Source: Actinomycetota bacterium (GTDB taxonomy: Bacteria > Actinomycetota > Aquicultoria > Subteraquimicrobiales > UBA9087). From it: 64,000 nucleotides of DNA. The notes under the pieces were generated by a model that had not been told where the DNA came from, did no database searches, and saw only the letters and a list, made by a program, of their open reading frames with translations. Each line of letters opens with the position of its first letter. Positions within the stretch are counted from its first letter, which is position 1. This document shows, one piece after another, positions 39,363-49,793 of this stretch. The DNA is taken from positions 12,109 through 76,108 of the forward strand of contig JASEEZ010000003.1 of NCBI GenBank assembly GCA_030019215.1. The letters are read 5' to 3'. Made by a program: the position numbers and the translations under genes.

Positions 39363-39800
39363 ATGAGAACGAAACGGGCTGTATCTTCAGGGGGAGTAAT
39401 CTTCCGCCGGGCGGGAGAGGGATTTGAGGTCGCCATAGCCAGAAGGAAAGAGGATGTCTGGTGTCTACCCAAGGGATTGGTGGAGGAGGGAGAGGAGCTG
39501 GAGGGAACAGCTCTGAGGGAGGTTGAAGAGGAGACCGGACTCTCCGGTAAGATCGTTGGCAAGATTGGCGTCGTCGATTACTGGTTCTACTGGAAACCGG
39601 AGGATGTTCGATACCACAAGTTTGTCCACTTCTATCTGGTTGAATACCAGAAGGGAAGCGTGGAAGACCACGATTACGAGCTGGAAGAGGTGAGGTGGGT
39701 ACCCATCGACGAGGCGACAAAGATGCTTTCCTACAAAAGCGAGGTGGAGATGGTGAAAAAAGCAGAGAGGATGCTCCGCGGCCGAGGAGGGGGAAAGTGA
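39363..39800 (+). CDS. NUDIX hydrolase
   Basis: Nudix box 'GLVEEGEELEGTALREVEEETGL'. Confidence 0.8.
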   Translation: MRTKRAVSSGGVIFRRAGEGFEVAIARRKEDVWCLPKGLVEEGEELEGTALREVEEETGLSGKIVGKIGVVDYWFYWKPEDVRYHKFVHFYLVEYQKGSVEDHDYELEEVRWVPIDEATKMLSYKSEVEMVKKAERMLRGRGGGK

Positions 39801-40747
39801 TAGCCCTTCCCCATCAGTGGGAGCGGGCCATAGAAAGGATATTGGATGCTCCGAAGGGGGTTGTCTTCCTGTTGGGGGGCATCGATACCGGGAAGACTAC
39901 CTTTTCTCAGGCTCTGGCTGCTGCGGCGACCGAGAAAGGGGTGAAGGTGGGAATCATCGATGCCGATGTCGGCCAATCTACCTTTGGTCCTCCAGCAACT
40001 ATTGGGTTCGTCTCCATCCCGAAATCGCCAAAGTTCGAGAAGCTTGAGCCCAGCGATCTTTACTTCGTGGGCAACAACTCCCCCCGGGGGCACCTGTTGC
40101 AGGCGGTCGTGGGGGTCAAAAAGATGGCTGAGAGGGCTTTTCGAACGGGTTGCGAGATGGTCATAGTGGATACCAGTGGCCTCATCGCTCCCCCCATGGG
40201 GGAGGCGTTGAAGTTCCATAAGATAGATATACTCCGTCCCAGGCACATCGTGGCTTTCCAAAGGGCTAAAGAGCTGAAGAGCATCTTGGAATTTCTGGGA
40301 GGCTACGGGTATTTCAGGCTACACCGTCTGGCGGTTCCGTCCACGGTGCCCACTATCTCCACGGAGAAAAGGATAGAGATTCGAAGAAAAGCCTACAGCC
40401 GCTATTTCAAAGGTGCCCAGCTGGTTGGGTTGGATCTGGGGAATGTCTCTACATTTCCTCCTGATGCTGATATCGGGGGAAGGCTCGATCTGATGCATCT
40501 TTTGGTTGGCCTGAAGGATGATAGGGGGCAGACTTTGGGCATTGGCATCCTGACTCACTTCTATCCCAGGAGGAATTCGGTGGAGGTATTAACTCCGGTG
40601 GGTCCCAGTAGCCGAATTTCCGGTCTTGTGCTGGGGTGCATCAAGCTGCTTCCTCATGGTGAGGAGGTGGAGAGAATGCCTCCCTGGAAGGTCCGGAAGG
40701 AGGTCTCGACCCCGGAGGGCTCTCCGACCCGAGGGGGAAAGAAATGA
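39797..40747 (+). CDS. Clp1/Grc3-family P-loop polynucleotide kinase-like protein
   Basis: GTG overlaps the NUDIX stop (GTGA). Walker A 'GGIDTGKTT'. Clp1-type Walker B 'IIDADVGQS'. The track ORF 39695 starts inside the NUDIX gene. Confidence 0.6.
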   Translation: MIALPHQWERAIERILDAPKGVVFLLGGIDTGKTTFSQALAAAATEKGVKVGIIDADVGQSTFGPPATIGFVSIPKSPKFEKLEPSDLYFVGNNSPRGHLLQAVVGVKKMAERAFRTGCEMVIVDTSGLIAPPMGEALKFHKIDILRPRHIVAFQRAKELKSILEFLGGYGYFRLHRLAVPSTVPTISTEKRIEIRRKAYSRYFKGAQLVGLDLGNVSTFPPDADIGGRLDLMHLLVGLKDDRGQTLGIGILTHFYPRRNSVEVLTPVGPSSRISGLVLGCIKLLPHGEEVERMPPWKVRKEVSTPEGSPTRGGKK

Positions 40748-41352
40748 GCCCCTCTCCCAAAGAGATATTCTCGAAATACCTGGATAAGGCCATAGCGGAG
40801 AGTCTTTCCTTGGCTGAGGAGGTGAGGGAGTGCAAGCGATGCGACCTTCCCGGCCGGGGGGATTTTTCTCCTCTTCCTGGGTCTGGCTATCCCTTGGCTG
40901 ATATTTTCTTGGTTAAGGATTTCCCCAACCGATTAGAGAGTGAGGAGGGCATCCCCTTTTTCGGGGAAGTGGGGGAGGCTTTAAGGCGCGCCTTTGTCAC
41001 CCTCGAGTTGGAGGTTGCCACTCTGTATGGTACCAATTCGATAAAGTGCCACATAACGGATCGGGTAAGTGAGCAGCAGATCGATGCCTGTTCTGAGCAT
41101 TTGAAGCTGGAAATAGAGATAGCTGAACCCAGGTTGATTTTAGCCATGGGTTCTCTAGCGGTATCCACTCTGCGGAGAGCTATCGGGCAAGGAGATGGGG
41201 AGCTTTCCTTCGAGCCAGGCGAGTTATTTCGGCCACGCCCGGACATTCAGGTTCTGGTTACCCACGATCCGGAGGCGGCTTTGAAGAAACCCCGGTTGAA
41301 GGGGGAGCTTTGGAGGGATCTCAAGAGACTCAAAGAACTATGTGGTAAATGA
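40744..41352 (+). CDS. uracil-DNA glycosylase superfamily protein, family 4-like Fe-S type with a divergent catalytic motif
   Basis: 'CKRCDL' plus 'C..(14)..C' 4-Cys set. 'IPFFGEVGEAL' motif B-like. The GE(A/G)PG catalytic motif is replaced by 'VKDFPN'. Confidence 0.55.
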   Translation: MSPSPKEIFSKYLDKAIAESLSLAEEVRECKRCDLPGRGDFSPLPGSGYPLADIFLVKDFPNRLESEEGIPFFGEVGEALRRAFVTLELEVATLYGTNSIKCHITDRVSEQQIDACSEHLKLEIEIAEPRLILAMGSLAVSTLRRAIGQGDGELSFEPGELFRPRPDIQVLVTHDPEAALKKPRLKGELWRDLKRLKELCGK

Positions 41353-41353
41353 A

Positions 41354-41384
41354 AGAGGAGCCCCGCCGTCGGCGGGGCTCCTCT
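41354..41384. terminator. GC-rich hairpin between convergent UDG-like and ferredoxin genes
   Basis: AGAGGAGCCCCGCC-GTC-GGCGGGGCTCCTCT perfect 14-bp stem. Flanks are only weakly U-rich. Confidence 0.5.
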
Positions 41385-41402
41385 TGCTCCTCTCGTCCTT
41401 TC

Positions 41403-41588
41403 TCAGTCCTCTTCGATCTTGATGGCTCCCATCGGGCACTCCTCGACGCAGATTCCGCAACCGGTGCACTCTTCTTCATTGACCACCACTGATATCTCAT
41501 CTACCAGGTCGAGCACCCCATTTGGGCAGCTATCGACGCAGATTCCGCAACCTGAGCACTCGTCTTTGTCGATTACTGGTCTGGACAT
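41403..41588 (-). CDS. 2x[4Fe-4S] ferredoxin
   Basis: 61 aa. 'CSGCGICVDSCP' and 'CTGCGICVEECP'. AAGGAG sits 8 nt before the ATG (MSRPV...). The track ORF is longer (77 aa). Confidence 0.75.
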   Translation of the reverse strand: MSRPVIDKDECSGCGICVDSCPNGVLDLVDEISVVVNEEECTGCGICVEECPMGAIKIEED

Positions 41589-41705
41589 TGTTTTCACTCC
41601 TTCCCCTCGTCGCGAATTTTCAAAAGATTTATACAAAAATTACTCGCGGTTGTAAAGGGAAATTTTGAAAAAATGAAGAAATTATCGAGGGAAACGGGGG
41701 TTGCC

Positions 41706-41840
41706 ATGGGCAGAAAAATCTTTTGGGCGATTTTGATCGCCTCTCTTCTCCTCCTGGCGGTGGGCGCCTATCACCGGGAATTCTCGGAGATCTACACCAA
41801 TGCCAGGTACATCTGTCTCTCTTGTGTGGGGATCGAGTGA
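41706..41840 (+). CDS. small membrane protein (44 aa) with C-terminal CxxC, translationally coupled to the NapH-like gene
   Basis: 'MGRKIFWAILIASLLLLAVGAYHREFSEIYTNARYICLSCVGIE', translated by hand; it is not in the track because it is under 60 aa. Its TGA stop overlaps the downstream ATG (ATGA). Confidence 0.45.
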   Translation: MGRKIFWAILIASLLLLAVGAYHREFSEIYTNARYICLSCVGIE

Positions 41841-42622
41841 TGGCCGGGAAAGCGCTGTTCTTTAAGAGCCTTAAGCGCCGGATAAAATATCAACTCCTCT
41901 TTCTGGTCTTCGCCAACGCCTATTTTTTATCATTTTTGAAGGTCATTCCCTGCCCCATCCTCAACTGCTATTCTTGTCCATTGGCGACCTTTGCCTGTCC
42001 CATCGGGACGATTCAACATTTTCTGGCAATCGGTGCTTTTCCCTTTGTTGTGGTTGGGGTGCTGGGTTTGGTTGGCGCCTTTGTGGGCAGGATGACCTGT
42101 GGCTGGCTCTGCCCCTTTGGTTTTCTTCAGGATCTCATGGCGAAGTTGAGCCGCAAGAAATACCCCATCCCCCATTTCTTAACCCATTCTCGCTTTGTTA
42201 TCCTGGTTGTTTTGGTGGTTTGCCTGCCATTTGTTTTGCACGAGCACTGGTTTTGCAAGCTGTGCCCGGCGGGTGTCCTGGAAGCCGGTCTCCCGGTGGT
42301 CGTGGTCAACCCCGATATCCGTTCCCAGATAGGCTTTCTCTTTGTGGTGAAGATAGTGATCCTTGTGGGATTTCTGGTCTGGATGGTCTTTTCAAAGAGA
42401 CCCTTTTGCCGAGTGGCCTGTCCATTGGGAGCGATCCTCTCCCTTTTCAATCGGGTGAGCTTTTACAGAATAAGGGTAACCGAAAGGAAAGCAATGTTTG
42501 AGGCTTGCCGAAAACTTTGCCCCGTCGATTTAAATATCTACGAAGACCCCGACTCCATCCACTGCGTTAGAGCCCTCGATTGCCTAAAGTGCCCCGGTCT
42601 CTCGTGGGGGAAGAGGACCTAA
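41840..42622 (+). CDS. NapH/MauN-like membrane polyferredoxin (COG0348 4Fe-4S binding protein)
   Basis: TM helices with 'CPIGT', 'CGWLCPFGFLQD', 'CKLCPAGVLE' and 'CRVACPLGA' Cys motifs. ATG 41840 chosen; the track ORF 41723 is an upstream in-frame extension. Confidence 0.7.
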   Translation: MAGKALFFKSLKRRIKYQLLFLVFANAYFLSFLKVIPCPILNCYSCPLATFACPIGTIQHFLAIGAFPFVVVGVLGLVGAFVGRMTCGWLCPFGFLQDLMAKLSRKKYPIPHFLTHSRFVILVVLVVCLPFVLHEHWFCKLCPAGVLEAGLPVVVVNPDIRSQIGFLFVVKIVILVGFLVWMVFSKRPFCRVACPLGAILSLFNRVSFYRIRVTERKAMFEACRKLCPVDLNIYEDPDSIHCVRALDCLKCPGLSWGKRT

Positions 42623-42652
42623 AAGCTTACCTCCAAAAAATTTTTACCCAAG

Positions 42653-42681
42653 ACTTGACAATATTAGACTTAGTTTTTATA
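42653..42681 (+). promoter_or_regulatory. sigma70-like promoter (TTGACA-17-TATATT) upstream of dnaK
   Basis: Read directly. About 45 nt upstream of the dnaK ATG. Confidence 0.5.
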
Positions 42682-42724
42682 TTAGTAATAGGCTTAGATA
42701 ATTGTGAAAAGGAGTGATACCGAA

Positions 42725-44596
42725 ATGGCAAAGGCGATTGGTGTCGATTTGGGGACGACTAACTCTTGTGTGGCCGTCTTGGAGGCAGGAGAATCTGTGG
42801 TTATCCCCAATGCTGAAGGGGGGAGGGTTACTCCTTCCGTTGTTGCTTTTTCCAAGACGGGCGAGGTACTGGTTGGGGAGGTGGCGAAGAGACAAGCCAT
42901 CGTCAACCCCGAGCACACTATAGGGTCGATCAAACGCTTGATGGGAACGGATGAGAAGATAAAAATCGAAGACAAGGAGTACACACCGCAACAGATTTCC
43001 GCCTTCATCCTTCAGAAGCTAAAGAGGGATGCCGAGGCCTACCTCGGCGAGAAGATCACTCAGGCTGTCGTCACCGTTCCCGCCTACTTCGACGATGCTC
43101 AGCGTACTGCCACCAAAGATGGGGGAACCATCGCTGGGCTCGAGGTCTTGAGGATTATCAATGAGCCGACCGCGGCCTCCCTGGCTTACGGTCTGGAAAA
43201 GGAAAAGGAGGAGAGGATTCTCGTCTTTGACCTGGGCGGGGGAACCTTTGACGTTTCCATCCTGGAGATAGGTGAGGGTGTCTTTGAGGTCAAGTCCACC
43301 AGCGGCAACACCCATCTGGGTGGAGACGATTGGGATCAGAAGGTCATCGATTGGATGGCCAACGATTTCAAGGCAAAACACGGCATCGATTTGAGGAAGG
43401 ATAAGATGGCGTTGCAGAGGCTCAAGGAGGCGGCCGAGAAGGCCAAGTGTGAGCTCTCCTCGGCTCTCACAACCGCCATTCATCTTCCCTTCATCACGGC
43501 GACCCCCGAGGGCCCTTTGCATCTTGAGATGACCTTAACCAGGTCGGAGTTGGAGAAAATGACCTACGATCTTTTGGAGAAGTGCACTGGTCCCTTCAAT
43601 CAGGCCATGAAGGACGCCGGTATCGAACCCAAGGATCTAGATCACGTGATCCTCGTCGGCGGAGCGACGCGCATGCCCATGGTCCGAGAGCTGATCAAGA
43701 AGTTGACCGGGGGCAAGGAACCCCATAAGGGGGTCAATCCCGATGAGGTTGTGGCCGTTGGGGCGGCCATCCAGGCTGGTGTTCTCATGGGTGAGGTCAA
43801 GGAAGTGCTGCTTCTCGATGTCACTCCTTTGTCTCTGGGCATCGAGACCAAGGGCAGTATCTTTACGAAGTTGATTGAGCGAAACACCACCATTCCCACG
43901 AAGAAAAGCGAGATATTTACCACGGCCGAGGACAACCAGACTAGCGTGGAGATACACGTCCTCCAGGGCGAGCGTCCGATGGCCACAGACAACAAGACCC
44001 TGGGCAAGTTTCATTTGATCGGCCTACCACCGGCGCCACGGGGCATACCCCAGATTGAAGTCGCCTTCGACATTGATGCTAATGGCATCGTTCATGTCTC
44101 GGCAAAGGATCTCGCTACCGGCAAAGAGCAGGCGATGACTGTAACCGGGACGAGCGCTCTGGCTAAAGAGGAGATCGGCAAGATGATTAAAGAGGCGGAG
44201 GCTCACGCCGAGGAGGATCGCCGCAGGAGAGAAGAGGCCGAAGTGAGAAATAATGCCGACAATCTAATTTACGCTACCGAGAAGGCTTTGAGGGAAGCGG
44301 GCGATAAGCTGAGCGCTGAGGATAGGTCCAAGATCGAGAGCGCTCTCACCGAGGCCAAGGAGGCCCTGAAGGGGACGGATATCCAGAGAATCAAGACCGC
44401 TGCCGAGAATCTCTCGCAGGCCTCCCTCAAGATAGGCGAGATACTCTACGCTGCCCAGCAGGCTAAAAGCCGGGCTCAGACTGGTGGAGAACAGGCTGGC
44501 CCCGCCGCTGGCGAGGGTCCCGCTGAGGGCGAGGTTGTCGATGCCGACTACGAGGTCGTTGACGAGGAAAAGAAGAAGGAGAAGGAAGAAAAGTAA
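42725..44596 (+). CDS. dnaK: molecular chaperone DnaK (Hsp70)
   Basis: '[20 protein letters not shown]', '[12 protein letters not shown]', and C-terminal EEVD-like acidic tail. Confidence 0.95.
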   Translation: MAKAIGVDLGTTNSCVAVLEAGESVVIPNAEGGRVTPSVVAFSKTGEVLVGEVAKRQAIVNPEHTIGSIKRLMGTDEKIKIEDKEYTPQQISAFILQKLKRDAEAYLGEKITQAVVTVPAYFDDAQRTATKDGGTIAGLEVLRIINEPTAASLAYGLEKEKEERILVFDLGGGTFDVSILEIGEGVFEVKSTSGNTHLGGDDWDQKVIDWMANDFKAKHGIDLRKDKMALQRLKEAAEKAKCELSSALTTAIHLPFITATPEGPLHLEMTLTRSELEKMTYDLLEKCTGPFNQAMKDAGIEPKDLDHVILVGGATRMPMVRELIKKLTGGKEPHKGVNPDEVVAVGAAIQAGVLMGEVKEVLLLDVTPLSLGIETKGSIFTKLIERNTTIPTKKSEIFTTAEDNQTSVEIHVLQGERPMATDNKTLGKFHLIGLPPAPRGIPQIEVAFDIDANGIVHVSAKDLATGKEQAMTVTGTSALAKEEIGKMIKEAEAHAEEDRRRREEAEVRNNADNLIYATEKALREAGDKLSAEDRSKIESALTEAKEALKGTDIQRIKTAAENLSQASLKIGEILYAAQQAKSRAQTGGEQAGPAAGEGPAEGEVVDADYEVVDEEKKKEKEEK

Positions 44597-44652
44597 CCCC
44601 AGAGCTATTTTTGGATGCCCCGCCTTTGGCAGGGTGGAGGGTGGTGAGGTGA

Positions 44653-45186
44653 GTGACGGAAAGAAGCATGGAGGAACTCGGAACGGACAAGGACAAAGGA
44701 GCGCACAAGCGCGTCTCCTGGAAGAAGAGGTGTGAGAAGAAGGAGGAGGAACTCGCCGATTGCGTAGATACGCTCAAGAGGCTTCAAGCGGAATTCGAAA
44801 ACTATAAAAAGCGTATTATCAGGGAACAGTCACAGTTTTTGGAGTTCGCCTCCCAGAATCTCATTGGCGAACTCCTTCCCGTTTTGGACAACTTTGAAAG
44901 GGCGCTGGCGGCGGGCGAGTGTAATCGGGATGACTTTCTGAAGGGGATCGAGCTGGTTTGCGCACAGTTCAAGAAAGTTCTGGAGAAGGAGGGCTTGCAG
45001 GCCATCGATCCTCTCGGAAAACACTTCGACCCTCATGAGCACGAGGCGATGATGCAGGTGGAAAGCGACGAGCATGAAGAGGGCACCGTGGCCGAGGTTT
45101 TACAAAAAGGTTATCTCTTAAAAGGCCGGGTCATCCGCCCTGCCATTGTGAAAGTGGCCAGAAAGAGCGGCGAAGGCAAGGAGTGA
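44653..45186 (+). CDS. grpE: nucleotide exchange factor GrpE
   Basis: Coiled-coil N-terminus. 'LLPVLDNFERAL' and 'KGYLLKGRVIRPAIVKV'. Confidence 0.9.
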   Translation: MTERSMEELGTDKDKGAHKRVSWKKRCEKKEEELADCVDTLKRLQAEFENYKKRIIREQSQFLEFASQNLIGELLPVLDNFERALAAGECNRDDFLKGIELVCAQFKKVLEKEGLQAIDPLGKHFDPHEHEAMMQVESDEHEEGTVAEVLQKGYLLKGRVIRPAIVKVARKSGEGKE

Positions 45187-45225
45187 AACAACCCCGCCCC
45201 GACGAGTCGGGGGGTGGTGGATGGA

Positions 45226-46344
45226 ATGAATGGCAGAAGGTATAAGGATTACTACGCTATTTTAGGTGTATCTCGGGACGCCAGCCAGGAAGAGATCAAG
45301 AAGGCCTATCGAAAGCTGGCTCGAAAGCATCACCCGGATGCCAATCCTCAGAACAAAAAAGAGGCAGAGGAAAAGTTCAAGGAGATATCCGAAGCCTACG
45401 AGGTTTTGGGGAATACTAAGAAGCGCCAGGAGTACGATCAGGGCGTTCGGTTCTTCGAGACGGGGTTTCGGCCGGGGTTTGACTTTCGAGATTTCGGCTT
45501 CGAGAGGCCCTTTGGTAATTTCGGTAGGTTTGCCGATCTCTTCGATCTTTTTGGTTTCGGGGGAGGCGCTTACGAGCGGGCACCCGAGCGTGGCAAGGAT
45601 CTACATTACAGCATCCAGCTCTCCTTTGAGGATGCTATGAGGGGAGTAGTTACCAAGATAAATATCCCCAGGCAGACAACATGTCCCGCTTGCAGGGGTA
45701 GCGGTGCCAGAGCCGGTACCGCTCCCAAAGTCTGTCCCGAATGCAGTGGCCGAGGGATGGTTGCTCAGAATCAAGGATTTTTTAGCATCAGCCGCACTTG
45801 CCGAAGGTGTATGGGGCGGGGCACCATAATTGAGAATCCCTGCCCTTCCTGCCATGGAGCGGGGGTCACCAAGGAGACCCAACCTGTAACGGTTAAGATC
45901 CCCGCCGGGGCTGAGAATGGCACCCGGATAAGATTTGCCGGAAAAGGCGAGGGGGGTTTGAGGGGCGGACCCCCGGGTGATCTTTACATCATCACGAAGG
46001 TTGCAACGCACCCCACATTTAAACGGAGAGGTGGCGACATTTTATTGGATTTGCCCTTGACCTTTACCGAGGCTGCCCTGGGAACCAAGATTAAAATCCC
46101 CACTCTCAATGGCACGGTTTCTTTGAAAGTGCCTCCGGGAACCCAGGACGGTCAGGTTTTGAGATTGAGAGGGAAAGGGGCTCCCAGGGTGAAGGGTTTG
46201 GGGAAAGGAGATATGCTGGTTGTAGCGAGAATTGCTGTTCCCCGCAGGCTCTCATCGAGAGAGAAAAAGATTTTGGAGGAGTTTGCGAAGGTGCATAAGG
46301 AGAATCCCCGGGAACACCTAGAGGGGCTGAAGAGCAAAAAGTGA
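45226..46344 (+). CDS. dnaJ: molecular chaperone DnaJ
   Basis: J-domain 'DYYAILGV...HPD'. G/F-rich region. Four CxxCxGxG zinc motifs. Confidence 0.9.
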   Translation: MNGRRYKDYYAILGVSRDASQEEIKKAYRKLARKHHPDANPQNKKEAEEKFKEISEAYEVLGNTKKRQEYDQGVRFFETGFRPGFDFRDFGFERPFGNFGRFADLFDLFGFGGGAYERAPERGKDLHYSIQLSFEDAMRGVVTKINIPRQTTCPACRGSGARAGTAPKVCPECSGRGMVAQNQGFFSISRTCRRCMGRGTIIENPCPSCHGAGVTKETQPVTVKIPAGAENGTRIRFAGKGEGGLRGGPPGDLYIITKVATHPTFKRRGGDILLDLPLTFTEAALGTKIKIPTLNGTVSLKVPPGTQDGQVLRLRGKGAPRVKGLGKGDMLVVARIAVPRRLSSREKKILEEFAKVHKENPREHLEGLKSKK

Positions 46345-46428
46345 AAGAAACAATCCTTAAGGATTTCTCGATCTTGGGCTGGCAGCTAGTAGCTGGGGGC
46401 TGGCAGCTAAATCCGTGAGGTGCGAGAG

Positions 46429-46818
46429 ATGACCGAAAAAAAGAAGCGAGGTCTATATATGATAGGGGTCGTGGCCAGGTTGGCGGGAGTCCATCCTCAG
46501 ACCCTGAGGATGTATGAACGAAAGAAGCTAATTTCCCCCTCCCGTAGCGAGGGTAGCACTCGCCTTTATTCGGATGAGGATATCGAGACCCTTAAATACA
46601 TTCAGGGGCTAACACGAGATTATGGTATTAACCTGGCCGGCGTGAGGATGATCATGGATTTGAGGAGAGAACTCAAGCGGATGCAGAGATTCATCGAGGA
46701 GATGGAGAAACACACGAAGGAACTCGAGGAGGAAATGAAGCGCGAGATAGAGAGGGTTCACCGGATCTACCGGCGCGAGATCATCCCAGTTTCCCGAGGG
46801 CAGATAATGAAGAGATGA
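46429..46818 (+). CDS. hspR: MerR-family heat-shock repressor HspR
   Basis: 'YMIGVVARLAGVHPQTLRMYERKKLISPSRSEGSTRLYS' MerR HTH. Sits between dnaJ and clpB as in HspR regulons. GAGGTG 7 nt before the ATG. Confidence 0.75.
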   Translation: MTEKKKRGLYMIGVVARLAGVHPQTLRMYERKKLISPSRSEGSTRLYSDEDIETLKYIQGLTRDYGINLAGVRMIMDLRRELKRMQRFIEEMEKHTKELEEEMKREIERVHRIYRREIIPVSRGQIMKR

Positions 46819-46836
46819 AACGAGGGGTTATGAGAG

Positions 46837-49425
46837 ATGTTCGATAGGTTCACAATCAAGTCACAGGAGGCAATAAGCGAAGCTCAACGAAAGGCGGGGC
46901 GCCTGAGCCACCAGGGGATAGATGTGGAACATCTGTTGTTGGCCCTCCTTGAGCAACCAGAGGGAGTGGTGCTCTCCCTTCTGCGGAGGCTCGAGGTGGC
47001 TCCGGAGGCCGTTAAGGCCAGGGTCGAGGCGGAACTAGATGGGTTGCCCAAGATTTCCGGGGTGACCGAGACCTACATTACGCCTCGCCTTAGAAGGGTC
47101 TTTGATATTGCTCTCGCCGAAGCGGAGAAGCTTAAGGACGAGTATGTGAGCACGGAGCACCTTCTCATCGGCATCTTGGAGGAAGGTGGGGTCGCCTCTT
47201 CCATTCTCGGGGAGTTCGGCGTCACCAAAGATAATGTACTCCGCGTCCTTGCCGATGTTCGAGGTCCTCATCGGGTAACGGATCCGAATCCGGAGCAAAA
47301 GTATCAGGCACTTCAGCGCTACGGGCGTGATCTCACGGAACTGGCTCGGCGAGGGAAGCTTGATCCCGTCATTGGTCGGGATGATGAGATAAGGCGGGTC
47401 ATGCAGGTGCTCTCCCGCAGAACCAAGAACAACCCCGTTCTTATCGGTGATCCCGGTGTGGGCAAGACGGCCATCATCGAAGGCCTGGCCCAGAGAATAG
47501 TTGCCGGGGACATTCCCGATGGCCTCAAGGACAAAAGAATTGTGGCTCTGGATATGGGAGCTCTGGTGGCGGGGACCAAGTATCGCGGCGAGTTCGAGGA
47601 CAGGTTGAAAGCGGTTCTCAAGGAGATAGCCGAGGCCGAGGGACAGGTCATTCTGTTCATCGACGAGCTACACACGGTGGTGGGAGCCGGAGCTGCCGAG
47701 GGGGCAATCGATGCCTCCAATATGCTCAAACCCATGCTCGCCCGGGGCGAACTTCGCTGCGTTGGAGCCACAACCCTCAACGAATACCGCAAATATATCG
47801 AGAAGGATGCGGCTTTGGAGCGAAGATTTCAGCCGGTTTATGTTGGGCAGCCCACCGTCGAGGACACCATCGCCATCCTCAGGGGCTTGAGGAAACGCTA
47901 CGAGGTTTACCACGGGGTCAAGATCACCGATTCGGCCCTCGTCGCAGCGGCCCTCCTTTCCGATCGGTACATAAGTGACCGATTCTTGCCGGATAAGGCC
48001 ATCGATTTGGTGGATGAAGCCGCCTCTCGCTTGAGAATCGAGATCGACAGTTTACCCACGGAGATCGACGAGGTTGAAAGGAGAATCAAACAACTTGAGA
48101 TAGAGCGCGCGGCTTTGAGGAGAGAGAAGGATAAGGCCTCCAAGGAACGCCTGGAGAAGCTGGAAAGGGAACTGGCTGAACTCAAAGAAAAGTCGACCCG
48201 GATGAAGGCCCACTGGCAAGCCGAAAAGGAGGCCATCACCCGCATCCGCGATCTCAAGGAAAAGATTGAGCAGACTAAGATAGATGAGCAGAAGGCGGAG
48301 AGAGAAGGAGATCTTGAGAGAGCGGCCAGGCTCAGATACGGTGTCCTCCCTGATTTGGAGAAAGACTTGAAGGCGGCAACCAAGAGGTTGGCCGAGCTCC
48401 AGAAGGAACAGCGAATGCTCAAGGAAGAGGTCGATGAGGAGGACATTGCTGAGGTGGTCTCCAGGTGGACAGGAATCCCCCTCACCAAGCTCATGGAAGG
48501 TGAAGTCGAGAAGCTCGTTCACATGGAGGATCGCCTGAGGCGGCGAGTGGTTGGTCAGGATGAGGCCGTCAAGGCGGTCTCCAACACCATTCGCCGGGCG
48601 AGAGCGGGTCTTCAGGATGTCAACAGACCTCTTGGCTCCTTCCTCTTCCTCGGTCCAACAGGGGTGGGCAAGACGGAACTCGCTCGATCCCTTGCGGAGT
48701 TCCTCTTCGACGACGAGCGGGCGATGGCCAGATTGGATATGAGCGAATACATGGAGAAACACACTGTCTCCCGGATGATAGGGGCTCCCCCGGGCTACGT
48801 CGGTTATGAGGAGGGTGGTCAGCTCACCGAGGCGTTGAGGAGAAGGCCTTATTCTGTGATCCTCTTGGACGAGATAGAGAAGGCCCATCCGGATGTCTTC
48901 AATATCCTCCTTCAGATACTCGATGAGGGCAGGCTCACGGATGGCCATGGGAGGACGGTTGATTTCAGGAACGCTATAATCATCATGACCTCCAACATCG
49001 GGAGTCAGTGGATTCAGGAGTTGACTGACAGGAAGGAGCTCAAGGAGAAGGTCACCGAGGCTCTCAAGACGAGCTTCCGCCCGGAGTTTTTAAACCGCAT
49101 CGATGAGGTAGTCATCTTCAACAGGCTCGGCATGGAGGAAATCGAAAAAATTATCAACATTCAAGTTGAGCATTTGAAGCACCGCTTGGCCGAGAAGGGC
49201 TTGACTATCGAGTTGACTCCGGCGGCCAAGGAGCTTCTGGCCATGGAGGGATTCGATCTCGTCTACGGCGCTCGCCCGCTGAAACGGGTCATTCAGCGGA
49301 TGGTTCAGGATGCCTTGGCCCTCAAGATATTGGCGGGTGAGATTAAGGAGGGCGATCACATCGTGGTGGATGCCGAGGCCGGTGAAATAGCCTTCAAGAG
49401 ACCCAAGAAAAGAGCGGCTAGCTAA
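46837..49425 (+). CDS. clpB: ATP-dependent chaperone ClpB
   Basis: 862 aa. Two AAA+ modules ('GDPGVGKTA', 'GPTGVGKTE'), the middle coiled-coil, and an N-domain. Confidence 0.95.
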   Translation: MFDRFTIKSQEAISEAQRKAGRLSHQGIDVEHLLLALLEQPEGVVLSLLRRLEVAPEAVKARVEAELDGLPKISGVTETYITPRLRRVFDIALAEAEKLKDEYVSTEHLLIGILEEGGVASSILGEFGVTKDNVLRVLADVRGPHRVTDPNPEQKYQALQRYGRDLTELARRGKLDPVIGRDDEIRRVMQVLSRRTKNNPVLIGDPGVGKTAIIEGLAQRIVAGDIPDGLKDKRIVALDMGALVAGTKYRGEFEDRLKAVLKEIAEAEGQVILFIDELHTVVGAGAAEGAIDASNMLKPMLARGELRCVGATTLNEYRKYIEKDAALERRFQPVYVGQPTVEDTIAILRGLRKRYEVYHGVKITDSALVAAALLSDRYISDRFLPDKAIDLVDEAASRLRIEIDSLPTEIDEVERRIKQLEIERAALRREKDKASKERLEKLERELAELKEKSTRMKAHWQAEKEAITRIRDLKEKIEQTKIDEQKAEREGDLERAARLRYGVLPDLEKDLKAATKRLAELQKEQRMLKEEVDEEDIAEVVSRWTGIPLTKLMEGEVEKLVHMEDRLRRRVVGQDEAVKAVSNTIRRARAGLQDVNRPLGSFLFLGPTGVGKTELARSLAEFLFDDERAMARLDMSEYMEKHTVSRMIGAPPGYVGYEEGGQLTEALRRRPYSVILLDEIEKAHPDVFNILLQILDEGRLTDGHGRTVDFRNAIIIMTSNIGSQWIQELTDRKELKEKVTEALKTSFRPEFLNRIDEVVIFNRLGMEEIEKIINIQVEHLKHRLAEKGLTIELTPAAKELLAMEGFDLVYGARPLKRVIQRMVQDALALKILAGEIKEGDHIVVDAEAGEIAFKRPKKRAAS

Positions 49426-49526
49426 GCCAAGAGCGCCCCACCAGTGGCAGGGTCATCCTGGTTCGAAAGACAAAAAGGCCAACCAAGGAGAAACGCTGAA
49501 ATTATCTCGGGTTCCGGTAAGAATTT

Positions 49527-49793
49527 TTATTGAAATCTGCCTAGATCGCGCCGGTGAAGAACAGCTAAAATAGTCACGGTTTGAGCGCCAACTTCATAAA
49601 TTATTCGATAATCCCCCACTCGATACCGAAAAGTCTTTTCCGCCCCTTTTATGGTTTTTATTTTCTTGCCGGATGGGAAAGGGTTTTCTTGTAAGCCTTC
49701 TATCGCCTTCGCGGTGGAATTGAGAGTCTCCTTGGGGAGCTTTTTAAGATCGTTCTTAACTCGCCTTTTTGCTTCGAGTTTGAACTTTCTCAC
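49527..49793 (-). CDS. type II toxin, RelE/ParE family
   Basis: 88 aa. 'FKLEAKRRVKNDLKKL...YRVGDYRIIYEV' ParE/RelE pattern. Overlaps the upstream antitoxin gene. Confidence 0.7.
   Translation of the reverse strand: MRKFKLEAKRRVKNDLKKLPKETLNSTAKAIEGLQENPFPSGKKIKTIKGAEKTFRYRVGDYRIIYEVGAQTVTILAVLHRRDLGRFQ

Noticed and set aside
42623-42724. CIRCE (TTAGCACTC-N9-GAGTGCTAA) upstream of dnaK
   Set aside because: No match. Only a direct AGACTTGA/AGACTTAG repeat and a sigma70 promoter are present.
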